A stretch of DNA of 64,000 nucleotides. Source: Octopus vulgaris (taxonomy: Eukaryota). Below, in pieces: positions 51,239-64,000 of this stretch. The notes beneath the pieces were generated by a model. That model had not been told where the DNA came from, ran no database searches, and worked only from the letters and a program-made list of their open reading frames with translations. Within the stretch, counting starts at the first letter, position 1; each line of letters begins with the position of its first letter. The position numbers and the translations under genes were made by a program. The stretch is taken from the NCBI GenBank assembly GCA_951406725.2, contig OX597826.1, positions 42,594,001 through 42,658,000 of the forward strand, read 5' to 3'.

Positions 51239-51607
51239 TACTCTTTTACTTGTTTCAGTCATTTGACTGCAGCCATGCTGGAGCACCGCCTTTAGTCAAG
51301 CAAATCGATCCCAGGACTTATTCGTTGTAAGCCTAGTACTTATTCTATCAGTCTCTTTTGCCGAACAGCTAAGTTACGGGGACGTAAACACACCAGCATC
51401 GGTTGTCAACCGATGTTGGGGGGACAAACACACAGACATACACATATATATACAACGGGCTTTTTTCAATTTCCGTCTACCAAATCCACTCACAGGGCTT
51501 TGGTCGGCCCGAGGCTATAGTAGAAGACACTTGCCCAAGGTGCCATGCAGTGGGACTGAACCCAGAACCATGTGGTTGGTAAGCAAGCTACTTACCACAC
51601 AGCCACT
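51239..51607 (-). mobile_element. SINE family A
   Basis: Reverse-complement copy, inverted relative to both neighbours. Confidence 0.9.
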
Positions 51608-52181
51608 TATATATATTAAATTTTTTTACGGAATCCCACGTTTTTGGCTATGGAGAATCTGATTCTGAACATTTTTTTTCAAAAATCACAAATTTAAAAT
51701 TACAATTTCATATTCGTTTTCTATACAGTTAACACCCAGCAAGCTGGGTTTTTTTCTTTGTTTTGTTTTCGTTAACGGGTGACGATCTTTATATTATGAG
51801 TTGTGAGAGACAATGTTTTATCACAAGTGGATTTGATAAAGGTACGTTCTTTCTCCACAAACAAGTGCAGTGTAAACACACATGGTACACACACCGTTAC
51901 CAGCGGTTGTGCAATGTTTGTGTGCATTATCTAACTATTCAGCTCATTCGAACATATCCAAGGCTAATTACAGAAATAAAAATATTTTTCCGTAAATTAT
52001 TGATAAAACAACTGATAACACAGGTGATTTTAATTCGATAATTATGACATATACACCGAAAGATTACCATATATATGTCTCGTTTCTGTTTTTATTTTCG
52101 TTTCACTTTGTTTTCCACGTTTTTTTTTTATGTCCTGTACCCATATATGCATGTATATATACATATATATGTAGGTATGTA

Positions 52182-52452
52182 CGACCAATGCCTTGTGAGT
52201 GGATTTGGTATACGGAAACTGAAAGAAGCCCGTCGTATATATATATGTATGTGTGTGTCTGTGTTTGTCCCCCTAGCATTGCTTGACAACTGATGCTGGT
52301 GTGTTTACGTCCCCGTCACTTAGCGGTTCGGCAAAACAGACCGATAGAATAAGTACTGGGCTTACAAAGAATAAGTCCCGGGGTCGATTTGCTCGACTAA
52401 AGGCGGTGCTCCAGCATGGCTGCAGTCAAATGACTGAAAAGAGTAAAGAGTA
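52182..52452 (+). mobile_element. SINE family A, 5'-truncated
   Basis: Body and tail match the family. Confidence 0.88.
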
Positions 52453-53108
52453 TATGTATGTATGTATGTATGTATATATATGCATATATTTATATATTAT
52501 TTATATTATTATATATATATATATATGGCGTGAAATTTAAAGAAAAACAAAAGACGAAGACAGATGTATGAATAACAAGCAAGAGTATTAGTTTGCTGCT
52601 CGGAAAAAATGAATAAGTACACACACACACACTTGTGAGTGCACAGGTCCCTTGTCTGAAGACCCTATGCACCTACAGGCAAAAACCTAGCCTAGCAAGA
52701 GACTGAGTCGATCAAAACAAAAATATTATCAATCTCTACTATGGTACCGAGCACTCTTTTATTTTTTTATTTTTTGTGACAGTCAACACAAAACCTATCA
52801 TATATGTATATATGTGTGTTTATGTTCCTCTCAGAGGTTTATAAAATATTTATCGATAAATTAAGCGCTCAGATGAAATATGTACTGGAGTCGTGAGTCG
52901 TCATGACTATACTATTTCGTCCTGTCTTTTCAGGCAGTGTATCTAGAAAGAACCAACTTTTAACCAATCTCTCCTCGCATTCTTTTTTTTTTTTTTTTCT
53001 CAAGAATGCTATGGTGTGATTTGATAGAGATTTAGTTGTTATTAATAGCATGTAGAGTGATCGCGGGAATGTCTGCAATACAGTTTTGAGTATTCACCAA
53101 AGACTTAC

Positions 53109-53270
53109 TTTTTTTCGTAATTAGAAATCGGAAAAAAACCGAAGAGATTATGTCAAACATACCAATTGTTTTTTTATAACACTCGAATCTTCTCGGAACA
53201 TGTGGACGGCGCCATTTCGTTTACATTTTTTGAAATCTCGTGCTCGTTCTCATTTCTTGCGAGAACATGT
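53109..53270 (-). promoter_or_regulatory. Probable promoter and non-coding first exon of SPATA5
   Basis: YY1-like AAATGGCGCC near 53215, CpG retention, TCTTGCGAGA quasi-palindrome near 53255, donors GTATGT (53162-53161) and GTAAGT (53108-53107). Confidence 0.6.
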
Positions 53271-54697
53271 TCTTTTCATTGATTGAGAGGTTTTAGTTCA
53301 AAGCCTACAATATCGTTAATGGTACGGTCTTTTCTGCTGGAATAGCACACTCCAAGCAAAACTATCCAATGTGACTCCTTTTTTAGACACTAGGATATGC
53401 TTTGAGGGAGATTTTGCTGCTATTTCTAATATTTCGAGTGAGAATATACAACAGATATGGGCAATCTTTTTCGAAAAAACCAGCTGCTTTACTAAAATGT
53501 TTGAAGGTAATTTTGCGTTAGGTGTGCCATTCAGAAGGTTAGCGGGCCGCAGATTACCCTTAACTCAAGTAGAAGCTTCTTCCTTGACTCATTAACCCTT
53601 TGTTGAAGTGTAGTCCCAAGTCAATTTTCATTCTGCTAACAGGATCTAAAGCATTCCAGCGATTTCTTTATAAAGAAATAGCATACCTTTTTGTCAAGGT
53701 AGTAGGGTATAGTTTAAGGGCCAGTCGCTTCTTCATTTCCAGGTCCCCTATGAAAGTGATTTGCTGTTAAACGTTCTCTTCTATAAACATATGATACATT
53801 TTATATACTTGTGTAGTTAATGGTCATGCTTTGCTCACGTTAATTAGGCATGTAATTAATGTATATGATGGATCCAATTTCAATGATGACGTCACACTGG
53901 ATGTTATGTAATAATCTAGCAGATACTCGACTTCCACTAGTTTACTTTCGCCCTGAAAACACCTGCTTATGATTAAAGAGTGCTTTCATATTCAAGAAGT
54001 CATAAAAACGAAGACTACATTGAGGGAGATTTGTCTGCTGTTTCAAGCAGGTCGTGTAAGCATAGGGGCTCCTTCAGTGAGCCTGCTCTCCCATTCATTC
54101 CTATAATATATTTTCATTGATTTTCTCTGAAATAATTTTTTAGTAGATACATGTAATGTTTATTTTTTTGAAAAACGAAATTATTTTATAAAGACTTTCT
54201 GTGAAATAGGCTTACAGAGAGAAAGATATGCAGACGAAGGGGGAGCACGAGAGAAACATTAAAATGCCTGATGTCAAATAAGTGAGTGTCGAATCACATA
54301 CGTGAAAAAGATTGTAGCAAAACGTCTCATACCTAGTTTTCTTTGAGGAAATGTTTCTCTTTGCAATAAACAGTTTCTTTGTACAACTCTATACAATGCA
54401 GGCTACAAGTGAGTTTTGTATCTTTACTACAACCAGGCCAAAATGAAGAAGTTATAATTTTACAGAAAAGTAAATTTATTTTGTAATTTATCTTTTGTGT
54501 TTGCAGTTATTAGAGAAAGCGGCAAATTTTATTGTTCAAGGCTTACTTAAAGTTAAAATTGATACATGGAACGTTCTTTTTTTGAGGTCAAAGGAATTTC
54601 GAACCCAATCGTACTCTTCTGTGTTCAATGACGGAAAATAAATGTTTATTTTTCATTCCAGATTTGTCAAATGTTCATATACAATAGGAGTCATTTC

Positions 54698-55484
54698 GGA
54701 TCTTTTCCTTTTGAACGGCAGTTTTCAGCATAATTTCTAGTTAACTAAACACTTTTAAACTTCGTATACTGGTAGAATGTGTTTATAAAACATCGTTTTT
54801 TCTTGACTTTATTGAGAAAAATCTATATGTTGTAACATATTTCCACTTTAAAATCGAGCGTTTCGGCAATTTTAACCAATCAAATACGTCCATTTGGGGT
54901 GAAAATATACCGTGCTGTATGAATATGCCCCTCGTTTAAGAAACAGTTGGGTTTATTTACATTTGCGAAGAAAAAAAGATACCCTTCCCCCACCCCTAAC
55001 CCTAACTAAACCTAACCCTAAAATAGATTGAAATGCAATAGCTCGATACTAGGGTTATAATTATGGGTGACATTTTCATTTAACACCGCTAGAAAAAAAT
55101 CCCATTTTCCGTAGCGGTGTCGTATGAAATTGTCACCCATAATTATAACCCTTGTATCGATCTAGTGTATTTCAATCTATTTTAGGGTTAAGGGTAGGGG
55201 GATCTTTTTTCTTCGCAAATGTAAATAAACCCAATCTGTTTCTTAAACGTGGGGCATATTCATATAGCACGGTATGTTTTCACTCCAAATGGACGTATTT
55301 GATTGGTTAAAATTGCCGAAATGCTCGATTTTAAAGTGGAAATATGTTACAAACTATAGAATTTTCTCAATAAAGCCAAGAAAAAATGATGTTTTATAAA
55401 CACATTCTACCAGTATACGAAGTTTAAAAGTGTTTAGTTAACTAGAAATTGTGTTGACATATGCCGTTCAAAAGGAAAAGATCC
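54698..55484. mobile_element. Fold-back DNA element, 787 bp, with CCCTAA repeats and 8-bp TSD
   Basis: GGATCTTTTCCTTTTGAACGGCA termini; arms pair almost to the centre; TSD GTCATTTC/ATCATTTC. Confidence 0.92.
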
Positions 55485-56097
55485 ATCATTTCTTTCATGC
55501 AGCTTTTACGTATTAAGGGAAACATTTCGAAGTTCACCACCTTCAGCTCTATTTTTCCAAATTACAACTTTCTTTTTAAATGACACCAGTTTAACTGTCG
55601 AAGTGAGAATATTTTCATACTTGTTTTGATGTTATTAAGTTGTGCAAATATCTCTGTTAAATATTCCAGCTTGGAAACCCAAAATTCACATTGTAGATAT
55701 TCCAAGAAGCATTCATGTTTTTCTTCTTTAAAAAATGCATGCAATTCCTTCTGGACTTCGTGTATGCGACGTAGCACCTTACCTTTTGAGAGCCATCTGA
55801 CTTTTGTGTGTAAGAGTAAGTGCTTGTGCTGGGAATCCATATCAACACAAATTTGTTCAAATAAGCGACATGTAGCATTAGTTAAAACATATATTTACTA
55901 GCATTAGTTAAAGCATACATTTTTAATCTCAAGTAGGCTCAAACGACACTGTAAGTTTACAGCTCTATTCAGTCTGTGATTGGCCGTATAAACCTCTGCC
56001 TCGTCCGATTGTCACTTATATTATGTGGCTGCGGCCATTTTTAATTGGATTTCTTTCACTTCGGTTTCTCTAAGGACTTCTGGCATGTAGTTTGGTT

Positions 56098-56283
56098 GGA
56101 TCTTTTCACTTTGACCGGCAGATTTTTAAAACAATTTCTTTGTAACTAAACACTTTTAAACTTCGTATACTAGTAGTGTGTTACATAAAACATCTTATCC
56201 TCTTGGCTTTCTTGAGAAAATTCTATAGTTTGTATGCTATTTCTTGCATTTCGGCAATTTCAACCAATCAATGACGTCTATAT
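56098..56283 (+). mobile_element. Single arm of the same fold-back family
   Basis: GGATCTTTTCACTTTGACCGGCAG..GTAACTAAACACTTTTAAACTTCG. Confidence 0.8.
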
Positions 56284-57021
56284 TGGAATCAATGAGTACG
56301 TATAACATTAGGATTTTGTTCTTGTACGAAAGATATAAATCCTTTAATAGAGCCTATTACAGATGGTACCCCATCGGTACATATTCCAACACACGAATTC
56401 CAGGATTAATTTCATTTTTCGAGGTAGGCAGATAAAATGTCAAAAATATCATAACCTCTTGTAGTGAGTGGCATTTCTTCGCAACAAAACAACTGATTTA
56501 TGATTTTGGTTACCATCAATAAAGCGAGTAAGTGTACTTTGTTGCTAATGTCAGTTGATTCATCAACCTGCAGAGCAAATTCTGAGTCTTCACTCACGGA
56601 AATTTCCAGACATGCTACAGAACTATCACGTGAACAACAGCCGTTGTTTGGACAAGATCTCAGTTACACACGTGATTGAATTGTGATTCGAAATTCGTAT
56701 GTGACAAATGCTACAATCTCTTTGTACAACGCAGCTCTTGTAATTTTTGTTACGTTTACGATTAAGTTCATTATCGGTGTAAGGACCGTGCGATGCGAGG
56801 TGATGAGAATGGCTCTTTAGTACATCACACGGCCGATACAATAAATATATATTGAACCGTACATATAAGTACCAGAGAGAAAAAGGAGACACAACCGAGT
56901 AGAATGGTTAAGAGATGTTTTTGATGTAATAACATGTGTCTGTCTGTGCGTCATGTATACAGAATAATAGACAGGCCGTCATGAGAACAAAATGTGTGTG
57001 TGTGTGTGTAAGCATAGATGT

Positions 57022-57890
57022 TGTTGATTATGTGCTACGTATGTCAGTTGATACCATCTCTGGCAAGGGCTTTGAAATAAAACCAAGAAGTTCCAGACAC
57101 CCAGCTGAGTACTTGACAGACACTGACTTTGCTGACGATATCGCTCTTATCAGTGATTCTCTCTCCAATGCCCAATCTCTTTTACAATCTCTTGAACAAG
57201 CCTCAAATTGTGTAGGTCTTTACCTCAATGAGGCCAAAACTGAATACATAAACAAGTGCCTGTCCAACAGTGATTGCATCATCCATACTCTCAACAATGC
57301 GCCCTTAAATATGGTTTCTGATTATAAATATCTTGGGTCATTCATATCATCATCTGGAAAAGACTTTCTAACTAGAAAGGGTATGGCCTGGTCAGCCTGC
57401 AATGACATGCATAAGATCTGGTCATCAAATCTAAGTAGAGACTTCAAACTTGAAATCATCAAAGCCACAGTCGAACCAATTCTACTATATGGCTCAGAAA
57501 CCTGGACGTTATCAAAGAAGCTTGAGAGGCGGTTGGATGGAACCTACACTCGCCTCCTTATGAGAGCTCAAAATCTCTCGTGGAAGCGCCATCCAACCAA
57601 AATGCAAATATATGGGAAACTACCAGCTGTATCATCTCTTGTGAAAGGTAGGAGAGTCCAGTTTGCTGGACATTGTTGTAGAGCTGAAAAAGAAGTAATT
57701 TCTACTCTTCTCCTCTGGAAGCCATCTACTCGCAATACCAGAGGGCGCACACTCTCCTACCCTGATGTAATCTCCAGGGATACAGGCATCCAGCAACAGG
57801 ACCTCCGTAATGCCATGATGGACCGTGAAGTCTGGCGTGGCATGGTAAATTCCATTGTCTCGACCACGGTCGAACAATGATGATGATGAT
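57022..57890 (+). mobile_element. 5'-truncated RTE-clade LINE with an uninterrupted RT C-terminal ORF
   Basis: DFADDIAL, YKYLGS, ILLYGSETW and AMMDREVWR motifs; the stop runs into a (TGA)n tail; candidate TSD ATAGATGT (57014..57021 and 57889..57896). Confidence 0.92.
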
Positions 57891-58659
57891 AGATGTATGC
57901 ACGTGTGAAGAACATAAGAATATCAATGAAGAAGGAGACAGTGAAAGAGTCTATTGCCATCGAAGTGAGAAGTTCATAGATACAAGAATGAGAATACCAG
58001 TTCGTAGCCAATTGCACACGGTAGTTGAAATACTGTATCAAGAAATTGCTGCCATGATGCTGAGCCGGTTGGAGGTATATGTCATACGTGAAGTCGTGGC
58101 TGTGATGCAGCTGCCTGGGTCACTTAGTACAGGAGTTCTTGCAGGTTGTAAATTCGCTGCTGATCCATGGTGAAGTCATTCACGAACAGAGAAGTGTTGA
58201 GACCTGGGCGAGTTGCTGGTTGAGCTGTGTACGTAGAGATGATGTTGACGACGTTGAAAACATGATGGTGGCGACGAAGAAGACTGCCATAATGCTGTTG
58301 GATGAAGTTGATAAGTCTCAGCGTGGCTGCTGTGGTGTCGTCGCTGGAACTGGCTGTGTCTTGTGTGGTCAGTGGCTAGACCTAATTACGTCTGGAACCG
58401 AAAGACCTCGAGACGAGGAGAAGCTGGGTTTTTATAAGGGGCTGTAGGTTCAAAACTGGGTTGAGAACAGGCTGTCGCGGCTCAGATTGGTTATACGCAG
58501 CAAATTGGCGCGACAGAGTAAGAGACAAATTGCGCCAATACCAACCGATCAGAGTAGTGGACACAACGGGATCCAAACAGCGGCCAAAGACTAGCTGTTA
58601 CCTGCTACGTTCGAATGCACGTATATATAATCAAGGGGAGAGAGAAATTTCACTCGAAT

Positions 58660-60135
58660 GTACACTACATCAGCAAAAACCTACACATCTCCTCTGTATG
58701 GGCCAACCCTTTAGCAATAATTTTTGTAATCACTTTAAGTAGTGTATGTGGAACTTCCGTCATGTCATCTGTGTTTTCAGCTTCTTTTTCTAACAACATC
58801 AGTTCCTCGTTTGATAAACTTACTCTCTGGGACACTAGCAACTCAATCACATTATCCTCTGACTTCTTCAGATCCTACATCCCTTGCAAATGTCAATATC
58901 TTTTCCAGTTTGATATAGTCTTTCTGCTTGAGAGAAACGTGTAACGTCGCGGATAGTCTGGCCGTATATTTTTCCAAGCAATATTCAAAGTTAAAGGTTT
59001 TAATTCATTCCATGATTCAGCTATCTTATCCACAGCATCCACAATGTTGTATTTCTTCCCCAAATCTCTCACTATTTGTTTATCCTGCCTGTCATTTGCT
59101 TTCAGTTCTTATATAATATACCTTGAAGTTAGCTAATCATACTGCCAAATGTTGCCTGACGCTTCTCCCTCTTGTCGTGGAGATCATATCGTCGTTGGAC
59201 TTTTTTTGTTGGGAGAAAGCTGTGTGTGCAGAATAACTCAAGGCAGTTCTCGAACATTTAACTTCAATATATATTGCCGAACATATTGGTGTTGACTGTT
59301 TACAATGGAAGATGTTAATATAATTGCCGACAGGGAGGAGAGAAAAACCGCGCCGTGTTTATAGAAGTTACTTATGAGACATCATGGGAATGTTCAGAGT
59401 CAGTCTGTCCGAGAACCCGAAGTGTCTGCGCAAATGCCCCAAGCTGTCTGCTGGAATACCGGAGGTCATCGACATGGCGAGAGATGAGGCGCGTGAATCA
59501 GTCGGCCGCTCTCAACATTCTGCCTTGAGTTAGGCGCCAAGCTAATTTTATGAGGCGACAATGGGTTAAATTCAAGAACATCCGACTCAGCCATATCACG
59601 CTGATTGGTCAATTTATAGATCGACCACTTTTAACTATGGCGGTTTATTTGTGGTGCCTAACCGAGTATCTAGCAGTTGGGATTCGAATTCTTGCTACAG
59701 CACCTTGATCCATTGGCTGGGGCAGAGACGTTGTATTCTTGGGATATATTCTATAATCACATCACCGAGAAAATCATCTAAGTTTGCTGGGTGGCTCGGT
59801 GCATTGTCTAAAACAAGCAATGCTCTGTTGGAAATATGTCTGGCACAGTACTTTTCCAAGGCAGAACAAAAACAAAAAAAAGACCTTTGTAAATCACTCT
59901 TTGAAAAGGCTTTTAGTCATCCATGTCTTCTTATTTGAACGCCAAATCAGAGGTAGATTAAACTTTGTGTAACCCTTCAAAGGCCTTGGATTTTCGAGGC
60001 GATACATGAGCAGGGGTTTTAATTTCATATCACCAGCGGCATTTCCTCCTAAAAGATGTATCAGATGATTTTTGGAAGTTTTAAATCCTGCTGTTGATTT
60101 TTCTTCTCGATAAATGAAAGTTCCAGATAAGTGCA
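58660..60135 (-). mobile_element. Decayed Tigger transposase (DDE and C-terminal part), interrupted at about 59140..59680
   Basis: LLGGNAAGDMKLKPL, WRSNKKTWMT, LLVLDNAPSHP, QPMDQG, KKYNIVDA..ESWNE and LSNEELM motifs, with stops and frameshifts. Confidence 0.85.
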
Positions 60136-60352
60136 GCTCCAACAACATTGTATACATGCTCTACATGATTACACTAAGGTGGAGGATAAGATTATTTAGG
60201 CAATTTACCCCTTGCACTTCAGACTTAAGACATAAACACACACTCATGTATACACTTGTGTTGACGTACCTGCTGATATCTATTGTAGCCAGTTGGATTC
60301 AAAAGTTGGAGGGGTTATTAGTAGAGGTGATGTGGATTGCATTGGTTTAGAC

Positions 60353-60531
60353 CAGTGGTTTTCAACCAGGGTTCCGCAAGAAGTTACAAAACTGCTAAAA
60401 TCGGCAGTAATTTATAATTCTCATGTGCAGATATGTGCGCATAAGACTATTAAATTATTGCACAGGGGTTCCTCGAGCCAGTGGAATGTTTCCTTGGGGT
60501 TCCGCTCCAGCAAAAAGGTTGAAAAGCACTG
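60353..60531 (-). mobile_element. Second copy of the hAT MITE, internally deleted
   Basis: Reverse complement of 17329..17529; TSD GTTTAGAC/GTTTAGAT. Confidence 0.9.
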
Positions 60532-61112
60532 GTTTAGATGCTAGTGTTGGTGAGTGGGTATTTTTGGTAGTGTGGTGGTCATATTGTTCTTGTTAATTGT
60601 ATTGTTTTGGGTGTTTAAGTCTCAAGTTAATCCTCGTAGACATTAGATCAAAGGCATTTCATTCAACTTTTAAAATACACTAGGATGCGGTATTGTATAT
60701 TTTTCTTTGAAATTGATTTGCCTATTTTTTTCATATTATATATTACCGTTGCTGTTAATGGTTGTGATGGTGTTGACGACAGAAACACATGCACACATAC
60801 ATACACACTCTCTCTCTCTCTCTCACTCACACACGCCACATGTATATACTCACTTTATATACATTATAGATACATGAGTGTATGTGTGTAACATGTTTAA
60901 GGCTTTTTTTCTTTCAAATCGTTAACTATATACTTTGATCTTAACTAAAACACAAGTGACCGCTGAGCTAAGAAAGTGTAGCTTTAAATTGTTAAGTTGT
61001 ATACAGGTATGCCTGCGTACAAAAAGTGAGAAAGCTGTTGCTTAGCACTTAAGTCAGCCTTGTGATCAAAAATGTTTCAGTTATGTCCATATCATGTTTT
61101 TGTATATCTTTT

Positions 61113-61497
61113 ACTTTTTACTTGTTTCAGTCATTGGACTACGGCCATGCTGGGGCACCACCTTAAAAGGTTTTAGTTCATTTTCAAAAAAAAAAAATTG
61201 ATATTCTATCAATCCTTTTGTTGAACTGCTACTTTACGGAGACGTAAACAAACAACACCGGTTGTCAAGCGTTGTATGCGCGCGCGCGTGCAGGGGGGGG
61301 GCAGACATAGCGCAAACACACACACGCACATACATCAGACGAGCTTTCACACAATTTCTGTTTACCAAATTCCCCCACAAGGAATTGTTCGGCCGGGGGC
61401 TATAGTAGAAGACACTTGCCCAAGGTGCCGCACAGTAGGACTGACCCCGAAACGAGTAGTTGCAATGCAAGCTTTTTAACCACAAAGCCATGTCTGC
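61113..61497 (-). mobile_element. Older SINE family A copy
   Basis: Diverged match to the family head and tail. Confidence 0.75.
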
Positions 61498-62096
61498 ATG
61501 TATCTAGAACTTTAGTGTCTAATTTGTCCTTCATTTTATAAGACAGCAGAGGCGTGTGGTTTGAGGGAAATTTGGCTCTTATGTCTAGCAAGTTTGGGCG
61601 ATCACATTGAGGCTTCCCGTCCTTTTTTGCTCGAAATATCATATAATTGGTTATTGTTTATCCCAGGTTGAACAAACTTAATGATCAGTGTAATCCAACC
61701 GTGAAATCCAGGTTTTTCGTACATTCTATGGTTACATCGTCAGATATGTACTTCATTTAGGACACCATGTTTATGAGTAGAAGGCGTATTTGATGGAGAA
61801 TTAATTGGCTGCTATTTCTAGAGTCATTACATGAAGATCTCCCCTCATTAGTTGTTGTTTAGCCTATGATTGAAAGCATTCCAACCGTGATCATTCCATC
61901 TTTTTTGCATGGTTTAAGACTAGATTGAGCGATCAGTGCTTCCCATATGAAGCAAGTAATATACAAAAAATAGACTTGGCTTTCCAGAGTAAGCGAAACG
62001 ATTAAGTAACAGCATGATAGATATTTTTGCTTTCTTTTCTCATCAGCATTATTTAGTTATCTTACGAAGTTAAAAAGATATTTCTCTGTTTATTTT

Positions 62097-62099
<3 letters not shown>

Positions 62100-62158
<59 letters not shown>
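62100..62158. repeat. (TA)n microsatellite
   Basis: Pure TA run. Confidence 0.97.
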
Positions 62159-62161
<3 letters not shown>

Positions 62162-63146
62162 GCATACAAGTAGGCAGCCCAAGTGGCAGAGACGAAAGAT
62201 TGCCCAAGTAATTGTAAACTGACAACTCTTATTTAAAAGTTTTACGGATAATGTGTGTGTGTACACGAAATGCTCTATTTTCTTTGATGCAAGCTTCATA
62301 ATTTTACTCAATGATACTGTTGAGAAATGACGGTCGTGAGAGCCTACTTTTAAGCAATTACTTGTTCGTTTCGCTTACTCTGAATAGCCATGTCTATTTT
62401 TGCATATTCCCGGTTTCATATATAACCTCGCACTTATATGTCCCTAAAGTGAAAGATTGGTTTGTATTGTTCTATTCGTCTTTCAGTTTTTAGGATGGTG
62501 GTCGTAAGATGTGTGACCTGAGGGAGAATTTACTGCTATTTCTAGTATAGTGAGGGATCACATAACCATTCTTTCTCATCGGTTGTTGGGAGTTCTACTC
62601 CACTGAAGTCTCGTCTGTTGGTTTGTTTAATCTCGTGAAGGTGAGACTTGAGACGTGAAGCTGTTTCCCTTCAACGCCATGTTGTAAACTGTGTGTTGTG
62701 GGACCTTTACAATATATATATATATGTATACATACATATGTATATATATATTTTATAAAACAACACCATCAGCATCATACTGTTAGGGCTTTTTTTTTTC
62801 AAAGAGAAAACAAGAAGAAAACCCTAACAAAACCATGTGATAATTGTACTTTATATTATTATACTATCCAAACAAGAAAAGGACATCTTGTGTGTGCAAC
62901 ATTGCAGTTACCTACTACCGACTCATTTTACATCATCGTTGAATTTTTACCGAAAAGATACATATTACATAACATAAACAGCATAATATAATATTATACA
63001 TGCTACATATATGTCCGAATAGCACTTAATTTATTTGCTCTATAACATTAAACACACACATACACTTCCAAAACTTCACCTGGTTCCCTATTTATTTTTA
63101 CCGCCACAGGTTTACTCATTTCCCTCTCTCTACATACATACACTTC

Positions 63147-63151
<5 letters not shown>

Positions 63152-63221
<70 letters not shown>
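63152..63221. repeat. (TA)n microsatellite
   Basis: Pure TA run. Confidence 0.97.
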
Positions 63222-63225
<4 letters not shown>

Positions 63226-64000
63226 CCCCCGTCCTTCATTTAATTTTCCATTACCTTATTGAGATATATATATAGAGAGAGATAGATAGATATATATGCC
63301 TTTTGTTGTTGGTTGTACCTGTACAACCTGACTCCGATCGGAAAAGTGGGAGCAAGGAAAAAGATGATTATCGAAAATGTGGAGGCTTTGAAAACTTGGT
63401 TGACAAAAACCCTTTCCCCCATGTAAGCATCTTTTCAATATTCTCTTTTGTATTTTGACAATTGATCTTCGTTATGTTTTGTCTACATTTCAACATCTAG
63501 TCTCATATCTATGTATTTATGTATAGGCAGTTTGTGGTGTGTTGTTTAATCCAAGGTCAGCTTTGATCGAGCAAACTTGATCAAAGGTGTTCCCCCAGCC
63601 ACTACTATAGTTTTTTGGGTTTTTTTCAAACACAACAGCATGTACCTAGAACTGCCACAACCAACATGTCCTTTTTTGTGTTGTGTAGAAAGCATGCTGA
63701 GATTAAAGGTAAATTTAACTATTATTTCTAACAGAGCAATCGACCACGTTGAAGTCTTTCTGCCGGTTCGAACAACCGGTTGTGTAGCTCCGATCCAGCA
63801 GACTCATAATCGAAAGCTCTAAGGTGTGATTTGAGGACTCTGCTGCTATTTCTGATTTAACAGGTCAAACGTTTTTACTCTAAGGTAGAAGCTGTCCTCG
63901 CTACATTTAAAATAATGCTTAGTGGCGTCACAAATATTGTTCCAAATGCCCAAATATTAAGGGGACATGATTTACTAAAAACCTTAACCCCAAATCGACC

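Larger units (their letters stand above)
54290..56600 (-). mobile_element. Decayed hAT (Charlie/ZBED5-like) transposase interrupted by two fold-back insertions
   Basis: FALQVDESTDIS, CVGICTDG, LLLHTKVRWLSKG and YDWVRNSF motifs appear in order, with stops and frameshifts. Confidence 0.85.

Noticed and set aside
54990-55200. Interstitial telomere or chromosome fusion site
   Set aside because: Only a few CCCTAA/TTAGGG units, placed symmetrically inside a TSD-flanked fold-back element.
56936-57021. N-terminus of the 314-aa ORF as a real gene start
   Set aside because: Non-ATG start that reads through a (TG)n flank; RT homology begins near 57022.
58660-60135. DDE domain supplied to the 7253..8119 ORF by long-range splicing
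   Set aside because: The fragment has stops and frameshifts, lies upstream in the wrong order, and two genes intervene.

Overview
AT-rich, repeat-dense animal genomic DNA. The SINE families and the (TA)n/(CA)n/(CAT)n microsatellites look like an octopus (coleoid cephalopod) genome; this is recognition from memory, not a search result. Three genes lie in tandem on the minus strand. (1) An AFG2A/SPATA5 double-AAA+ ATPase: I rebuilt 15 coding exons by hand (50125 to 22255), all GT-AG and phase-consistent, 2721 nt or 906 aa, including 59-nt and 57-nt exons not represented in frame in the ORF track, plus a probable non-coding first exon near 53.2 kb. (2) Mitochondrial small Tim chaperone Tim8 (13838..14104), with a probable non-coding first exon near 18.4 kb. 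(3) An intact 288-aa Tigger/pogo-derived ORF (7253..8119) that keeps both CENP-B-type HTH domains and the C-terminal helical region but lacks the whole DDE catalytic domain in frame, making it a candidate domesticated DNA-binding gene. The rest is tRNA-derived SINEs, RTE/CR1 LINE fragments, Tigger and hAT remnants, several MITE families, large fold-back elements with 8-bp TSDs, and several perfect or near-perfect palindromes in SPATA5 introns. No rRNA, functional tRNA or CRISPR array was found. The most interesting leads are the DDE-less Tigger gene with a downstream inverted repeat, a UBZ-spaced zinc finger at the SPATA5 N-terminus, and the intronic hairpins.
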